Of a DNA stretch of 64,000 bases, positions 11,801 to 25,085 are shown in pieces. Positions within the stretch are counted from its first letter, which is position 1. The number at the start of each line of letters is the position of its first letter. The position numbers and the translations under genes are program-made. The notes below the pieces were generated by a model that did not search any database, had not been told where the DNA came from, and was given only the letters and a program-made list of their open reading frames with translations. This DNA comes from Acanthaster planci (Eukaryota), in contig NW_019091357.1 of the NCBI RefSeq assembly GCF_001949145.1, forward strand, positions 3,434,228 to 3,498,227. Reading direction: 5' to 3'.

Positions 11801-14800
11801 TAAGAGCAATCGAATCTTTTTGGCAGTATTTGAATTATTAAAAGGTCCTTTAAAATCTCAATTGCAAAATACACCTTTTTGAATCACACAATCAAGGTCT
11901 TTACACCAGTGAAATCAGCACCTTAAAGGTGGACAATGAACTCACCTCTTGTCTGTCTGACATCTGCTTTTTCTGCTTTCAGACATCAGCTCACTCACTG
12001 CTTCCGCAGCCCTTTTCCTTTCTCTGTTGGTGAAACTTTTGACAAAGCTGTGCACATCCTGGTCAAGGTACTGGTCATCACTGGATTCTACTGGAGACAG
12101 TTGGGCATTCCTCGAGAGGAATGACATTTGTGGTGCATCTCTGGGTTGCTCAATGTCGGAAAGCTCTTCTGGACTTGGGGGAGGCTTCACAGTTTTGTTT
12201 TTTGATCGCAGCCTGGACGAGACATTTATTTGATCATCATCTGTATCCCAAAGCTCTTGGGAATTTCGAAATAGCTTCTTTGAGGTTTTCAGAGGTTTGT
12301 CTGACTGTTCCAAATGCACACGCTGGTGTTTCCTAGATTTAGCATGCTGAGCAAGGGCATTCACCTTGGCTGGAATATTTCTTGCTGCCTTGGTAGGAAG
12401 AGATGGCTTCTTTTTGATGCATGGCTGAAGGCTGACACTCTGACAGCTTTCTGAATCTGCAAAGTCATAGACAGAGATGTCCAGTGCCTCTTGAGTTGAC
12501 TTCAAAAGCTGACCTCTTTTCCTTGCCCCGGCCGTTCTCAAATGAGGTTTTTTGACAACAGAGTCACTAGATGAGGATCTCTCTACCTCTACTTCCACAA
12601 AGTCATACACAGACAGGTCCGCAGAATCTTGACTTGACCTGGCTGATAGGTTTGTCAGTGCCTTCAAAGATCTAGATGTTCTTGTTTTTTTTTCAGTTTC
12701 ATTTTCGGTCTTCTTCCCCTTGGATTTCTTGATGATTGGGTGACTTGAGTCTGATGACTCCATCCCAGAAGTAGGTTTGTCGTTAGCTTCAGGGCAACTG
12801 TCAAACGACTGACTGAGTGTGCGTATTTCCCTCTCGGCCGCCTTGGCTGCCGCACGTTGACTCCTTGCCCTGAGTCTAGGTTCCTCCACAGGGGGCCTCT
12901 CCTTTGCTGACTTGCCTCCTTGTTTCTTAGGCTGCTTCTTCACGTTGCCTTCTCTCCAGGCCTTCTTTGTGGGCCGGCCTCTTCTGGGACGAGCTTCCAT
13001 CTGGGAGGTGAAGAGCTCCTGGCTGGAATCCGGCATCTGAAGAGGCACCTTGCGAAATGCCCTTGAGGGAGGCAGGGGTCTGGATTTGTCGTCTGGGGCT
13101 TTGCCTCTATTTTTGGCAGCTTTGGTCTTGTCAACATCAGTGTCTTGGTCGTACTCTTCCTCATCTTCCCTTCTATCACCTTTTTGATCAGGTTTTGAAA
13201 GTTTCTTGTTCCCCGAGGGCACATCTGGTAGAACCTCATCTCCATCAATGATAATAACATCAGCATCCTCACAGCTTTCGCCAACCTTCTCAGAGTCATC
13301 TTTTGCATTGCTGTTCTTGTCATGTGGTCCTACTCTGGCATCCCATCTCTCCTGAACTTTGCCCGCATCCATCTTACTGTTGTGACAAGTTTCTGGACAA
13401 CTGCTGCCAGCTGCGACTCGTGAACTGAGAACTCCTTCTTCTGACAACACCTCTTGAATGACTTCCTCCTGCAAGGTCATCTTGCTCCGTTGAAGGCTGG
13501 CGTTTGCAGTTGGAGCTTCACTACCTAGTTCAAAGACAATGCATACAACAATCACACCATTAAACCATCACTCCTGCACGTAAATCACTTCCGTGTGCAA
13601 AAACATCCAATCAAATGAAAGATGTCATGATTAGTTTCGATACTTGCCACTGATGATGGTCGCAGTTGTTTTAGTACTTCTGCCCTTGGCACTCTGTGCA
13701 CTTTCCTCAGTCAGTGTACTAAGGGATGGACTATGGGCTACAGGATGATACCTGCCAAAGTTTGATCTATTTTGGATCCTAAAAGAATTAAAGAATGACA
13801 GCAATTGTCCAGTCTTGTCATAATATGAATACATACTATATAAAAGTCGGGATATTTAAAGCATTTGAAGGTAAGCAAACAGTTTAATGTGGGCTCTGAA
13901 GCAATGGAAATCACAAAAGCCATCCTACAATAAAAGCCAATAAATAGAAACAAGTGCAGGTGACTTTTTTCAAGAAATAAGGATCATTTCACAAGATTTG
14001 GCACCACTGTCTTGAAAACCCATCAGTAGCAGGAGATACCGTGGTGCCTTTGGTCTGGTAAGTGTTGCATCTTAGAAACAAGGTTTGATTGTTAAGAGGC
14101 AAACTCAGACAGGTAATAAGGCAAGCCATGCACAAACAGACAAGTTTGTTGCATGCGATGTTGGATTCTACAGTGGTACTACCTAGATGTGTTAGATGTT
14201 GCTTCATCGGGCTGAAGCTGCCCAGAGGGAGGAAGTGAGTCAGGAATAACATCCACTGGACTCTCCTCAGTAGGAATGGTGCTGGGAATGACTAAGTCTG
14301 GAAAAAAAGAAGCAAGCGTAATCACACATTCATAAATCCCTGGGACAGGTTTTCTATTCCTATTGGTTGAAACTGGTCACGTGACCAAGTATTAACATTT
14401 GACTGATAATGCCAGCTAAGAAGTGATAATGCCTGCTGTAAATCATGCGCTGGCTCATGGATACAAGACAGTTTAATCGGATCTGATTGATCAGGGGTTG
14501 GAAATCCATCATATGTTGACTTCTTTTGACTGTGAATTAAAAGGTATTTATGAATGGGAATAACCATGTGCTTGGCCAGTCTTAAGTTTAAGACCTTGTT
14601 CAGGAGAACGAATGCTGATTAATCGTGTCCATTCTCCTCAGCTGGTCTTACATGCATGTTTAAGAGTGGCCAAGCACATATTTATTCCCTAAACTGGGGT
14701 GTGCTCCATGCGATATGGGTTTGTACACTGTAAAATGCAATCTTCATGCACATTAACCACTTCGTGCCGGGGTGCCTAGAACCGAAGACATTGGCTTTAT

Positions 14801-17800
14801 ACACAAAGCTGGGGTGCCTGAAATTGGACAAAGGAGTTTGGCCTTGTAACAAAAGATCGTGCTCGGATCAAAAGACAGGGCTGCTGGGAATTGCCAACAT
14901 TTTTTTCAGTTGTTAGTAGCGGAGGAAATCCGTCATTGTTTTGAATGATTATACCACTGTTTGTGGCATTCAGCGCGAGTGGATTACCACAGGGGACAAA
15001 AGTGCTCCAGTGCTCCTGGGATTAGCGATACAATACCACTGCATGCAAATCTGGTCCCCACTTGAAAAGACACAAAAGAAAATTACATAACATCGCACAA
15101 TCTGGGCTCTTTTTACATGGTGGTAGAGCCTAGCTGAAATACTTGCGCGTCAATAGATGTTGTCTGTTAGAGTAGCCACCAGACAGTGATTCGTGTGGGT
15201 GTAAATGTCCAGTAAATGAAATAATGAATTTTTGAACAATTTTTAAAATGGAAAATCATGAAAATCCCCCAGGAATACGTCATACAACTTCAAATTAAAC
15301 CTGGCAGCATATGGTTGATACATGTACATAAAAAACAAAACTGATTTGCCATGAGCTGTCTGTAAAGCACAAATTCGACGCACATGGTAAAAACTTCCCA
15401 GAGGCACCACGGAGGACAACCTAAGGTGTTTAAAAAGAGTATAAAGATTCCAAATCAATGATGACTTAGCCTTTTCTGAAACCTACACAGTGCTTAAGTT
15501 GACCACAGCCAACACCTAGACACAAGCACTTGGGAAAGTTTCCAACAGATACAGAATTTTTTGGTTTTTGAGACTAGTGCATTAATATTCACGTCTATAC
15601 AGTACCACTTGCAACATTTGCATACCTGCTGGTATTATGCGTGCCTAAAACAAAATTGGCTTCTGAAAGGAAGCATGTCTAAGACCACCTGCATTTGTCC
15701 GGTGTTTGTTTTACAGAGTGAAGTATGAACAAATATGAACACAAATGATCACACTTGTATTTATTTGTTCAGATATGGTCTGCTACCGGTAAGGAACCAG
15801 GGTATGAAGCTGCTCAGTAAAACAAAGCTACATCCTCTTCAAGTCAATGTCTAAAAACTAGCTGATAAAATCAGTTAAAAGTGATGCATTTCATGAGTAA
15901 TTTGGCTGGCAGACAAGGTTTTTTCACAGAGTGAGTCTTCTTGGATTCCTTGCATACAATTATGGCTTAAGAAGATTTGCTCAGCAAAAAAGCAACCGAT
16001 GAACATTTACAAGCAAAAATGTGACCAGTGACTTGGTTTTCGGTTAGGCATGGTGTGTAGTTCCTCTGTGATGGGCAACTTTGGGAAATCGTTGCTGTTA
16101 CGTGTACCTGTATTTGAGGCCTCTTGACTATCTTCTTCTGCCTCTGTCATCATGCCTCCACTGTCGCTGTACAATCTGAATTTCCTTGATGGTTTCTTTC
16201 TCTTTGATTCCTCCTCCCCTCCTGAAGACACTTGCTCCTCCCTCCGGTATCCCCCATCTCTTCTCGGTGGTTCTTGCTGATGCTCTGGTGCGTCATGTTT
16301 ATTAACCCGAGACCTGAGCTGTCTCTTCTGCTGGGGTAGGCCATCCTTGCATGTGCTGGATCCGGGGTCAGATCTATGCCCATCGATTCGACTGGGAAGG
16401 CCATTCTGTAATCTGGTTGTGCTGGGATGTGGCTGCATCCCTGCTTGTTGGAAGCTGGCACTCGAAGTGGGTCCCGGGTCGGATCTACTCCCGCTGCCTG
16501 GCTTGGCATCCTGCAGTCCAGAGGTCTGCTGCTGCCGTGTCATTGCCTCTCGCTGCAGCTTTAGTCGGAGTCCGGTAGGGGTACCGCAAGAGCTTATACT
16601 AACCCCTGATGATATGGATGCCTTCTTGCCGATGGATGGGCAGCTGATTTCAGACTCGGCGGCACTGTCGGTAGCTTTGTCTGAAACAACAATCTGGAGT
16701 GGTGTCTTGACCCTCTTTGTTGATGACTTAAGTGTAACTGGTGTTTGAGGCTGAGCAAAATCTGTGAAAGAGCCACATGTTCACCGATCTTTGGATTTGT
16801 GTACGTTTTGATGACTAAAACTAAAAGCAGGTCAGTCACTTTAATACAAAGGTAACGTCATAAAATAAAAGTTACCAACTTCTAACATTAATTGCCTAGC
16901 TTTTTCAAGGTAATGGGGATATGATGTCCATGTTCTCCAAAACAAAGAAGGATCTTACCTGATTTCTTGCAAAGTGGCTTCACAGACGAACTCGACTCTG
17001 CCGATGCCACTGATTTTGTGCTGCTGAATCTCTGGGTAGCCACATTTTTGGCCATGGTTGGTGTCCACATGGGGCTGAGCGGAACTGATACCTTATGTTT
17101 AGTAGGTGCTCTTGCTTCACTGTCAGTCTTGATGGGTTTTGATCTCGATGCCTGTGATTGTGACACTGTCATTTCAGTTTATGACATGAAATCTTTGCTT
17201 ACATGTATGTGAGCCATCCCAGTGATTCCGAGTTACATCTGACATGCAAGGCCATTTTACCAATATGTAATAAAAATCAACATCCTATAAACACATACCC
17301 TTAGCCCTGACGATTCATCATCAGTACCACCCAAACCGTAGATCTTGGCACTCTGTATGGAGATGGAGTCGCTGCTCTCGTCTGCTGACCGGATATTCCT
17401 CCAGGGACCAGGGCTATTGCTGCTGTCATCGACGTGGACCTGGATGCTGACCTTGCTCACTGAAGTCTTGTGCTGAGTCAGTGACAAAACGACTCCAGAT
17501 GTCAGTGGTAAATCTTAACATCAGATACCAGATTTCATTTCATTTCTTGCCAAAAGGAAAAAATAAGTCCATGTACACACTTTTACAAAGAAGCTATCTA
17601 CATATGGACTGCAAATGGTACATCATGAGGTATATTAATGCTCAAGTCAGTTAATATAGTGCAATGGTGTAACCAGACCTTGGAATGCCTGAGCTTGTCT
17701 TGGCCGAACACAGCAACAGCAGCACACCGAACGTCCACCTTAGCATCAAACACAATGTGTGCACATTTGTCATCACTGGGACAGAATCCTAGAAGCTCAG

Positions 17801-20800
17801 AGGCAGGAACGTTCAGGGAGATGAACAGGGCCTGTCGACCAACCCTCTCTAAAAAAAAAAAAAACAAGACCAAAAAAAAAAAAAAAAAGGGATGTTTAAC
17901 TGTGTGTATCCAACATCCATTATCTCAACAGACGTGAAATTTGTCAGGGTTTTTCCTGTTTCAGGGTTTTTATCAGGATTTTCATTATTTCTGCATTTTT
18001 CAAATGATCTCTTTTGAAATCTGGAAAATCCTCAATATGCCATGAGGGTGTTTTATGTATAAACATAAATAGAGAACACCAAAAAAATTGGTATTACAAA
18101 GGATGCCCGTGAGGAAACACAAGCACAGACTGCAGATAATTAATACATTGCTGTGAAGCCCTCAAAAGCTCAGGCGATTGTTTTATTGACCTTATAATCT
18201 CCTCCAATCTCACTCCTTTCCGAGCCTGAGATACAGGAGACAACAAGAAATTAGTTTTAGAACTTTAAAGCTGGAGGTCATTTTTGCAACAAGATTATGT
18301 CCGGCTCCCAATCAACAGTAAACTGAAACTAACCTGATAGACGGAACTTCTCAACTGCCTCATTTTGTATTGTGACAGTCTCCCACATACCACCTTCCTG
18401 GAAAGTGTAATGATATTATGACAATGACATATTAGCCATGTCCCAGATCAGACAGGGCTTTGGTCACAGTTGAGGGCTTTATGCATCAGAAGCTCTGCAG
18501 GGTTTCCGTGGAAAAATGGGCTAATGGAATATCAAGCTGGTAGAAGGGTGACATTTCTAATGACAAAGGGATTTCTGTGAGAAACAAGCTTGAGAATATT
18601 ACAAGGAGTTTGACCGGAGGCAAAGTGCCTTCATAAAAATTTCTGGGTCTTCAAATGTACAAGAGCCCCCTCACCTCATTCTCCTTTTGCAGTTCCTCAT
18701 CAGCCACGTACAGGGTGATTCTCCTGCTGACCGTATTGAAGTCCACCCAGAAGTCCTGCAGGTTGACGTCATCTGGGCATCTTAGCTGCCGAATCGAGAA
18801 CCAGAGCATAAGCACATCATGCATGAACTTGGCACAAGAAGTTCAAATTTCTCTGAGGAAAACGTCGATCCAGTGAAATCCCACAAAGGACGAGAGGAAG
18901 GTTATCAGTCAGTTCTGACAAATGATGAATAATTTAAGCTCAAATGTCTGCCCTGGTTTCACTGACAACACACTGACTGAAAACATGCTCATGAATAAAG
19001 AATGGCAAACTCTGAAGCAAGATCAAACAATTGGATTGGCTGTTTCATAGATGGAATTACCGGTGGAGGACGTAAGAAAAGCTGGACAGTCATTCATTTA
19101 TATATACTACAGTTATCCTTGATAAAGTTGGATGTTCACATCATGCAAGGCTTGTACATAATATCCATGGGTATTGCCAAGCTTCTGAAACATAAATAAC
19201 AAATCACTGTACAACCTTGAAGGAGCCAAGATGAGCACTGAGACAAGGCAGGGAGAACACACTGTAACCAGAAATGAAAAAAGGAAGGGTTGTTTCCAGA
19301 TTTCAATCAATGCCCTTCTTGAATTGTGCGAAATGAACATTTAGTAGATATATCAAGCCCCAAGTGCTCGCAAGTCATGTTATCACCACAGGGCAATGCA
19401 GGGTTGAAACTAGAAAGGTTTTAAACTACAGAGTTTACAATGAAAACTGCAGTGAAAAGAATAGTGCTTTCTGACCTTTGCTTGCTTCCAAGAGAGGAAT
19501 TGATTGAGTTCAGGAATTTGCGACAATCCTGTAGAAGAAAGAGTATCACATTACTGACGTTAACTGTCCAATAACAAATCAACAGAATATCACCTTCAAA
19601 TGGGCTTTACCTGAAGTTGTAGCAAGTACTCTTGGCTTTGCTAAGCTCCAAAAAACAAAGTTGTTGAAATTTAAGTTTCAAGGATATCAGTTTTTCTGAT
19701 AATCTGAAATGTTCGTGTTCCTCTGAGGAGCATGCTATAAGCAGTGTTACCAACATGTTCCTGACTGCAATGCACTGTTTGTAAGAGGAAGCATTTCCAA
19801 AGCAGGAAACTGGAACTTCCAGGCTGTTCACAGTTGGAAAAAACATGGTTCTCTATCAGTGTTCTAGCCACGGTGGGCGGCGCTGGGCGGCACTACCCAG
19901 TACTGCAAATTTCCGCCTGGCTCTCGGGTTCAAATTGGCTGTGCTGCCCAGCACGGATTTTCAAAAAAATTAACTGGAATATTACTGAAAATCAATGTAC
20001 CAATTCGATCGTATTTCAAGCATCAGAAAGTGTTAAGAACTGCGCTCACTACGCTTCGCAATCCAAAAATTTACCCAGCACTGAAATGGTTCTAGCTAGA
20101 TCACTGCAGATGGGGTGAAATGCTCTTGGTGTGTTCCAAGTTAAGAAGCAGACACAACGACTTAAAGAGCAAATACAATTTGGTACCGTTTCAAAGGTAT
20201 CGTCTCTGATCTCCATAAACGCTGTGGCAAAGTGTGGGTCGGAGAACCAGTCTTTGATCAGGTTAGAGCTAGCCTTGTCTGATCGCTTGACCAGTCTGGC
20301 CAGAGACTCAGTACAGGCTACCTGCATCTCAAAATCCCCCGCTGTGGTCAAGAGATCTGCCATCAATCCCCTAAGAACGAGAGAAATGTGGAAAACACTC
20401 ATTTGCAACCCAATGTTTTCCTATACTTGTACTAAGAAATAACACAGTTTTAAACGGGTCACTAAGTCATCTGGAAATGAAAGTTTGGACAGGTTCACAT
20501 AATTCCTAGATGTGCTTTTTCATTTAAAATGGGAAATTTCATTAAACGGATGTCAAATATTACAGCTGATGGACTGCTCCAAGACAGGGATGCAATGTTC
20601 CATTTCATGGCTTGTTAAAAGTTTGAGAGCAAAATAAAGCTCATGTGATTTATGAAAGGGAAGACCAGAAATTCCCACACCATAGTTGTGGGGACATACA
20701 CTCGATATTTCACCTATTTTGTGGGGACCAAAAACATTGTGGGGACTCTGAAATATCCCCACAACTTGGTTCAAATTTCCCTAACAAAATAATTTGTCCC

Positions 20801-23800
20801 CTGAATGCGGTGAAGGCCTACCCTTTGATACCTGTTGATACAGATCACATTCTGTCCAATCAAATGCTATATCTGGTGGTTTGTGAGCAAATGGACCTGC
20901 CCCTGATAGAATGCCACCCTGAGGAAACTGACAACACTTACATGCGTTTTAGACTCGGTGGATATTCCCGGAGCACCTGGATAACTTCATCCAAACATCC
21001 TTCTAAGAGGAGATTTAATGTGCGGATTGCCTTAAAACAAAACGAGCATAGAAAGGCATAATACACAGATCAAACAATAAAGGTTGGAGGATAGGTATGT
21101 TGCCCTTGATAAATTAAAAACTTTGGGTGGTGAGATGAATGTCTGACCAGCGAGTTGGTACCTCTGTGATAATGACGCCAAATGATGTGTCAGCTTGTAC
21201 AACAAAGAATGTTGTACAACGGACCCAACTCCTGCACCGTGGATTTGTACAACTGATTGTGCATTGTGTAGCTGGTACCCAAGCTGGGGAAATTATAGTG
21301 TGCCTCCACATTATTAAACTATCAACACAGATACAGTCCCCACAAGTAAAGAAGAAGCATGTGTGGACTTACCTCCATACGCACATGGAAGTTTTTGTTT
21401 TTGTCAACAAAGAGTTGCATGAGCTTCTCTGTGAACACACCCACTGATTGCCTTTTAGCATGCTCGCTGAAATCAGCAACATCCTGACAATATCACCAAA
21501 TACAGAGGGAAATTAAAGGTGGGAATTTACGTTTTATATGAAAACGTTCAGAAAAATATCATGTATGTATGCAGTGGCTTTAATAATATTCATACAATGC
21601 GTGAGGGTAGAGCATTGTTGGCTTTCATCCCGATTGTTCTTGGGAATAAAAACTTTCTCATACTGTTTAAACATTTAAATGTGTAAATATCCCATCCTTA
21701 CCATTGAAAATGTTTAACACAACAAATTGTAGCAATGTAAACAGTTGACACACAAAGTTCCAGTGACGAATTCATTGTTTTCCTTCGGAATGACTGAGCA
21801 GTGAAGTGTTCTGAAAGTCAGATTACCTTTTACAGGCATTGTTTACAATAAAAAGGAATGCCAGATTGCGTCAATTAACCATAAAACCTGTTAAAGGGGA
21901 TGTTCCATTTAAACATTTGGGAAAATCTGTACGGATTTGGAATGTTTTTCCATTTAAATGTGTAAATGTCCCATGCTTAATTAAGGGAAACCACAAAAAA
22001 ACAGGCCTCTCATCAGCCTCTCATAAAAAGGCTTTAGCTGAACATTATTTCCGGCTCTTTTTGTAATTAGCCTTTATTACAACCAAGGATTGAAATAGCA
22101 ATTTGACGATAAATTGTAATTCCAGTACTTCCAGGATTTTGATGGTGAGGCTAGGGAGGGAATTGGGGAGAGATGCAGATGGGACAAGTGAGCTTGGGAC
22201 AAATTCTTCTGCTAAGAACCCTTTTACTCACGTTGACTGTCTCCAGAATCACCTCAAAGAGAGAATCTGCCGTCAGATTCACCTCAGTACCATCAGAGAG
22301 GGAGACATACTTCTGGGTCTCTTCCAAAGCATAGGCTGTAATGAAATACAGTTTGAAATTACCCGACCATGTCTACATCTTCGTTATTCAAAATGACAAC
22401 TAAACACTGTATTGTGGCAAGATACTGCAGAGTAATGCAGTCACACTCACCAAGGAGATCGATCAAACCATTTGACAGGAGTACAGGGAGCCCTGCTGGG
22501 TAATCTGGAAATCGTGTGGTGAACTGGATTGCAGATATCATGACAACGGCATCTTGGAACTGTTGCTTTGCCAGCTCCTGTTCATGCAAAAAAAGAGGAG
22601 AAGGATGTTAGTCTGACAGCAGTAAGCTAGATGGAAACAATCATTTTAGATTTGATGAAAACAAGACGTCATGTACACATCAACAGATATTAACAAGATG
22701 CAACATGGGCGTTTTACAATAGTGCACCTCCAAGAGTTTGCAACGCACTGGCCAATCATCACGCGAGAAATCTGTCTACCCAATGCATGTTTGGAAAGGG
22801 TCAACAGATTTCGCGCATTGTGATTGGCCAATGCATTGCAAACTCTCAGAGGCACACTATTGTGAATCACGTGTGTTCACATGGTCTAATCAATTTGAGA
22901 TGGAAAACTAAAATAATAAATTTGCTTACCTCAATGGGATGCACTGACTCAAGATATATACAACGTAGGCCTTTTGTGAGTTAAATTTGAATAGAATCTG
23001 GTACTCTGAGTTATCTGATTGCACTTAAACATAACAATATGAATTCCCCAGACTAAAGACAGTGTTGCTATACCTCGTGATTCAGGGCAAGTTTTTACAT
23101 AGTGACCACCATCTCTGGAATGGACTGGTTCCTTTGTGCCCTTTCTATCCCTTGAAAACAGTATATTGGTGCAAGGCATCTCTTGTAAGCAAAAGCTTAC
23201 CCAATTCACAAGGTATAACAACCCTGTCTTTAGTACGGAGAATTCAAATTGAAGATTTGATTCAAATTTCATACAAATTTAACTTGCAAAAATGTTATTG
23301 TTACGTGACATTAATGTAACTTAGAAATCTTTTGTTGTGTTAGGTTATGAAAGTGCAATTTTTTTTTTAAAAGGAGGGCTTAGTGAATTTTCAAGTCACA
23401 AATTCCTAGGGGGTAAGTTCACCTCTTGTAGCACCACGGTGATCTTCTTCATCACCTCCACGCTGCACTGCTGTGGACCTGGTTGCTTCTTGGTGTTCTG
23501 CTCCTGCAGGAAGTCCTGGATGTCTTGGAAGTAAGACTGCTGCTGGGCCTTCCTCATCAAGACATACTCCAGCTTTATAGAAGATACAAGAATTTTTTTT
23601 GCGGACCACAATAACTGCTTAATGGTTATGTGATATTGGGGATATCAAACAACTGGTTTTCCCTCATTAAGCAATGCAGTAAAAGTGCTTTTGAGAGGTT
23701 GTGGAGAGAAACTAACAAGTTGGCTCGGGTGGGACTCAAACCAATGACCATCTGCTTACTAGTTCAGAGGTCTCAACCACTCCACTACCAAGCCTCACCG

Positions 23801-24251
23801 GGTCTGTTGGTCAGTTCAAATTTAGTACAGCAGGTTCTACAGTCAGTAAGTGTTGAAGGAATTTCACATTAAGATAGAAAGTAAAAATCTACTGACAATG
23901 AAAAAAGTTATTCTCAAGCACCACTGCGACAAAGTCCTCACACTGACATACATTTGTCTCGTACATCTGTCAGATGCAATATACATGTACCTGGTCATAA
24001 TGGCTGAACATTGCTTACGTATGCCTTGTCTCATTTACATGTATGTGAGGATCAGTGTGCACATATGAGAATTTTTATTTTTGGTCATCATGACAAAATT
24101 TCTATCAATCCATGTTTTATTAAATTGCGAAACACCATTGCCAGATTGCGTTTACACTGGTTATACCTGTGAAGCTTGAAATTGAATGAATCATACATTA
24201 GGTACCAGTAAGCCCCACCTCTCGATCTGTTGTTCCCAACTTGACTGGCAT
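2829..24251 (-). CDS. SYCP2: Synaptonemal complex protein 2 (meiotic axis core), ~2047 aa, 31 coding exons
   Basis: Phase-compatible exons in transcript order: 24251-24219, 23572-23423, 22577-22451, 22335-22232, 21483-21373, 21030-20942, 20370-20187, 19528-19476, 19261-19216, 18785-18675, 18397-18334, 17848-17679, 17472-17299, 17151-16959, 16761-16108, 14297-14183, 13778-13648, 13524-11946, 11747-11441, 11235-11150, 10098-9939, 9184-9065, 8925-8722, 8378-8109, 7241-7166, 6783-6562, 6318-6158, 5019-4925, 4064-3915, 3351-3204, 2885-2829 (6144 nt). Contains AGDFEMQVACTESLARL...DWFSD...AFMEIRDDTFETDCRKFLNSIN...VFSLPC...FWVDFN...WETVTI, matching the SYCP2 armadillo-like and PH/Spt16M-like domains. 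A long disordered middle leads to a C-terminal coiled coil ending QQHELQQMRKGLLNIF. Exon boundaries in the disordered part are less certain. Confidence 0.9.
5608..5895. mobile_element. Degenerate PIF/Harbinger-like MITE
   Basis: Ends GGCCCATTTTAATGGCGCAGCTTAA...TTAGCAGTGCCTTGAAATTGGGCCC; related to the better-preserved element at 43544-43774. Confidence 0.55.
7541..7964. mobile_element. Non-autonomous DNA transposon with TGTGACC termini
   Basis: Left ATGTGACCGGTGCCACAAAAATGGGTATTATGGGACA pairs imperfectly with right TGTCCCTTATTACCCTTTTTGGCAGAGCGGGTCACAC; a related degenerate element lies at ~43280-43510. Confidence 0.6.
10770..11113 (+). mobile_element. tRNA-derived SINE with conserved central domain and L2-like tail
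   Basis: A-box-like TGGTGGTTAGAG, B box GGTTCGAATCC (~10825), core CTTGGGCAAGTCAC...CTCTCCACCCAGGAGTAAATGGGTACC, tail GCGCTATATAAAT...TTATTATTAT. Confidence 0.85.
19857..20106. mobile_element. hAT-like MITE
   Basis: TIRs CAGTGTTCTAGC...GCTAGATCACTG; no clear target-site duplication. Confidence 0.55.
22705..22873. mobile_element. Palindromic MITE, copy 2 (SYCP2 intron)
   Basis: Same family as 930-1112 (CAAGAGTTTGCAACGCA.TGGCCAATCA...TGATTGGCCAA...TTGCAAACTCT). Confidence 0.8.
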
Positions 24252-24911
24252 TTTGTTGATAGGCTTACTTCAGTACTTGACTGTCTGGTCACCGGCTATG
24301 AAACTTTCCTATCTGTAACATCATGAAATAATAAAGTAGGCTTAGGCCCATATGTGTAAATTGACATTAGAATGATGAATAAGCCTACATGCTGAAACAA
24401 TCAGACAATGGATTTTGAATGATATCAATCCCAATACTTTTTCTAGCTGTCATGGACTTGATAATTATAAGCCTCACCATAGGCTACTTACGTTAATGTT
24501 TGTTGTTACTGTAAACATGGTGAGGCCTCTTTAGCCATGGCATGTTCGCATACCGTAGGCCATGGCATGTAGGCCTAGGGGGCTGGCCCTGGGGCTTACA
24601 TGTAGGATATTGTAATAGGCCTAGGCCTAACTAGTCCTAATTTCCCTAGAGCTTTGAAAAGTGGAACAGGGCTGGATTGTTATTTACCATGTTCCCAGTT
24701 ATAGGCCTAGGCCCAGTCTATATTTAGGTCCTACATTGGAAAGGATTTCTTATATGGACACCAGGCACTAGCAATTAACGTAACTATTTCTCTCTCCAGT
24801 GCATCAAATTTCCCGGTGTCATGAGCACTTCAGGTGGGGCCGCTGCTGCTAACGTTAGGCCTGCAAATCATCAGATGGAAAAGCCTGTTAAGTGGTATCT
24901 GCTGAACATAC

Positions 24912-25085
24912 CTTCTAAATACAATGTAACTGACAAACAAATCTAATGAAGGATGAACAAGACGATCCAAACAGTCCCATCACTGCAACAGCAAGCTTTC
25001 ATTGACGGGTGGATGAGGGGATTACACATCACGTCCATCTTGAAAAAGTTTCTTGTAATTTTTTTATCAATGCATTGTGGGACTT
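24912..25085 (-). promoter_or_regulatory. Putative SYCP2 non-coding first exon / core promoter
   Basis: Donor AAG|GTATGT at 24911 could splice to the acceptor at ~24313 of the ATG-containing exon; AAGATGG (YY1-like) motif near 25040. Transcription start not determinable. Confidence 0.4.
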
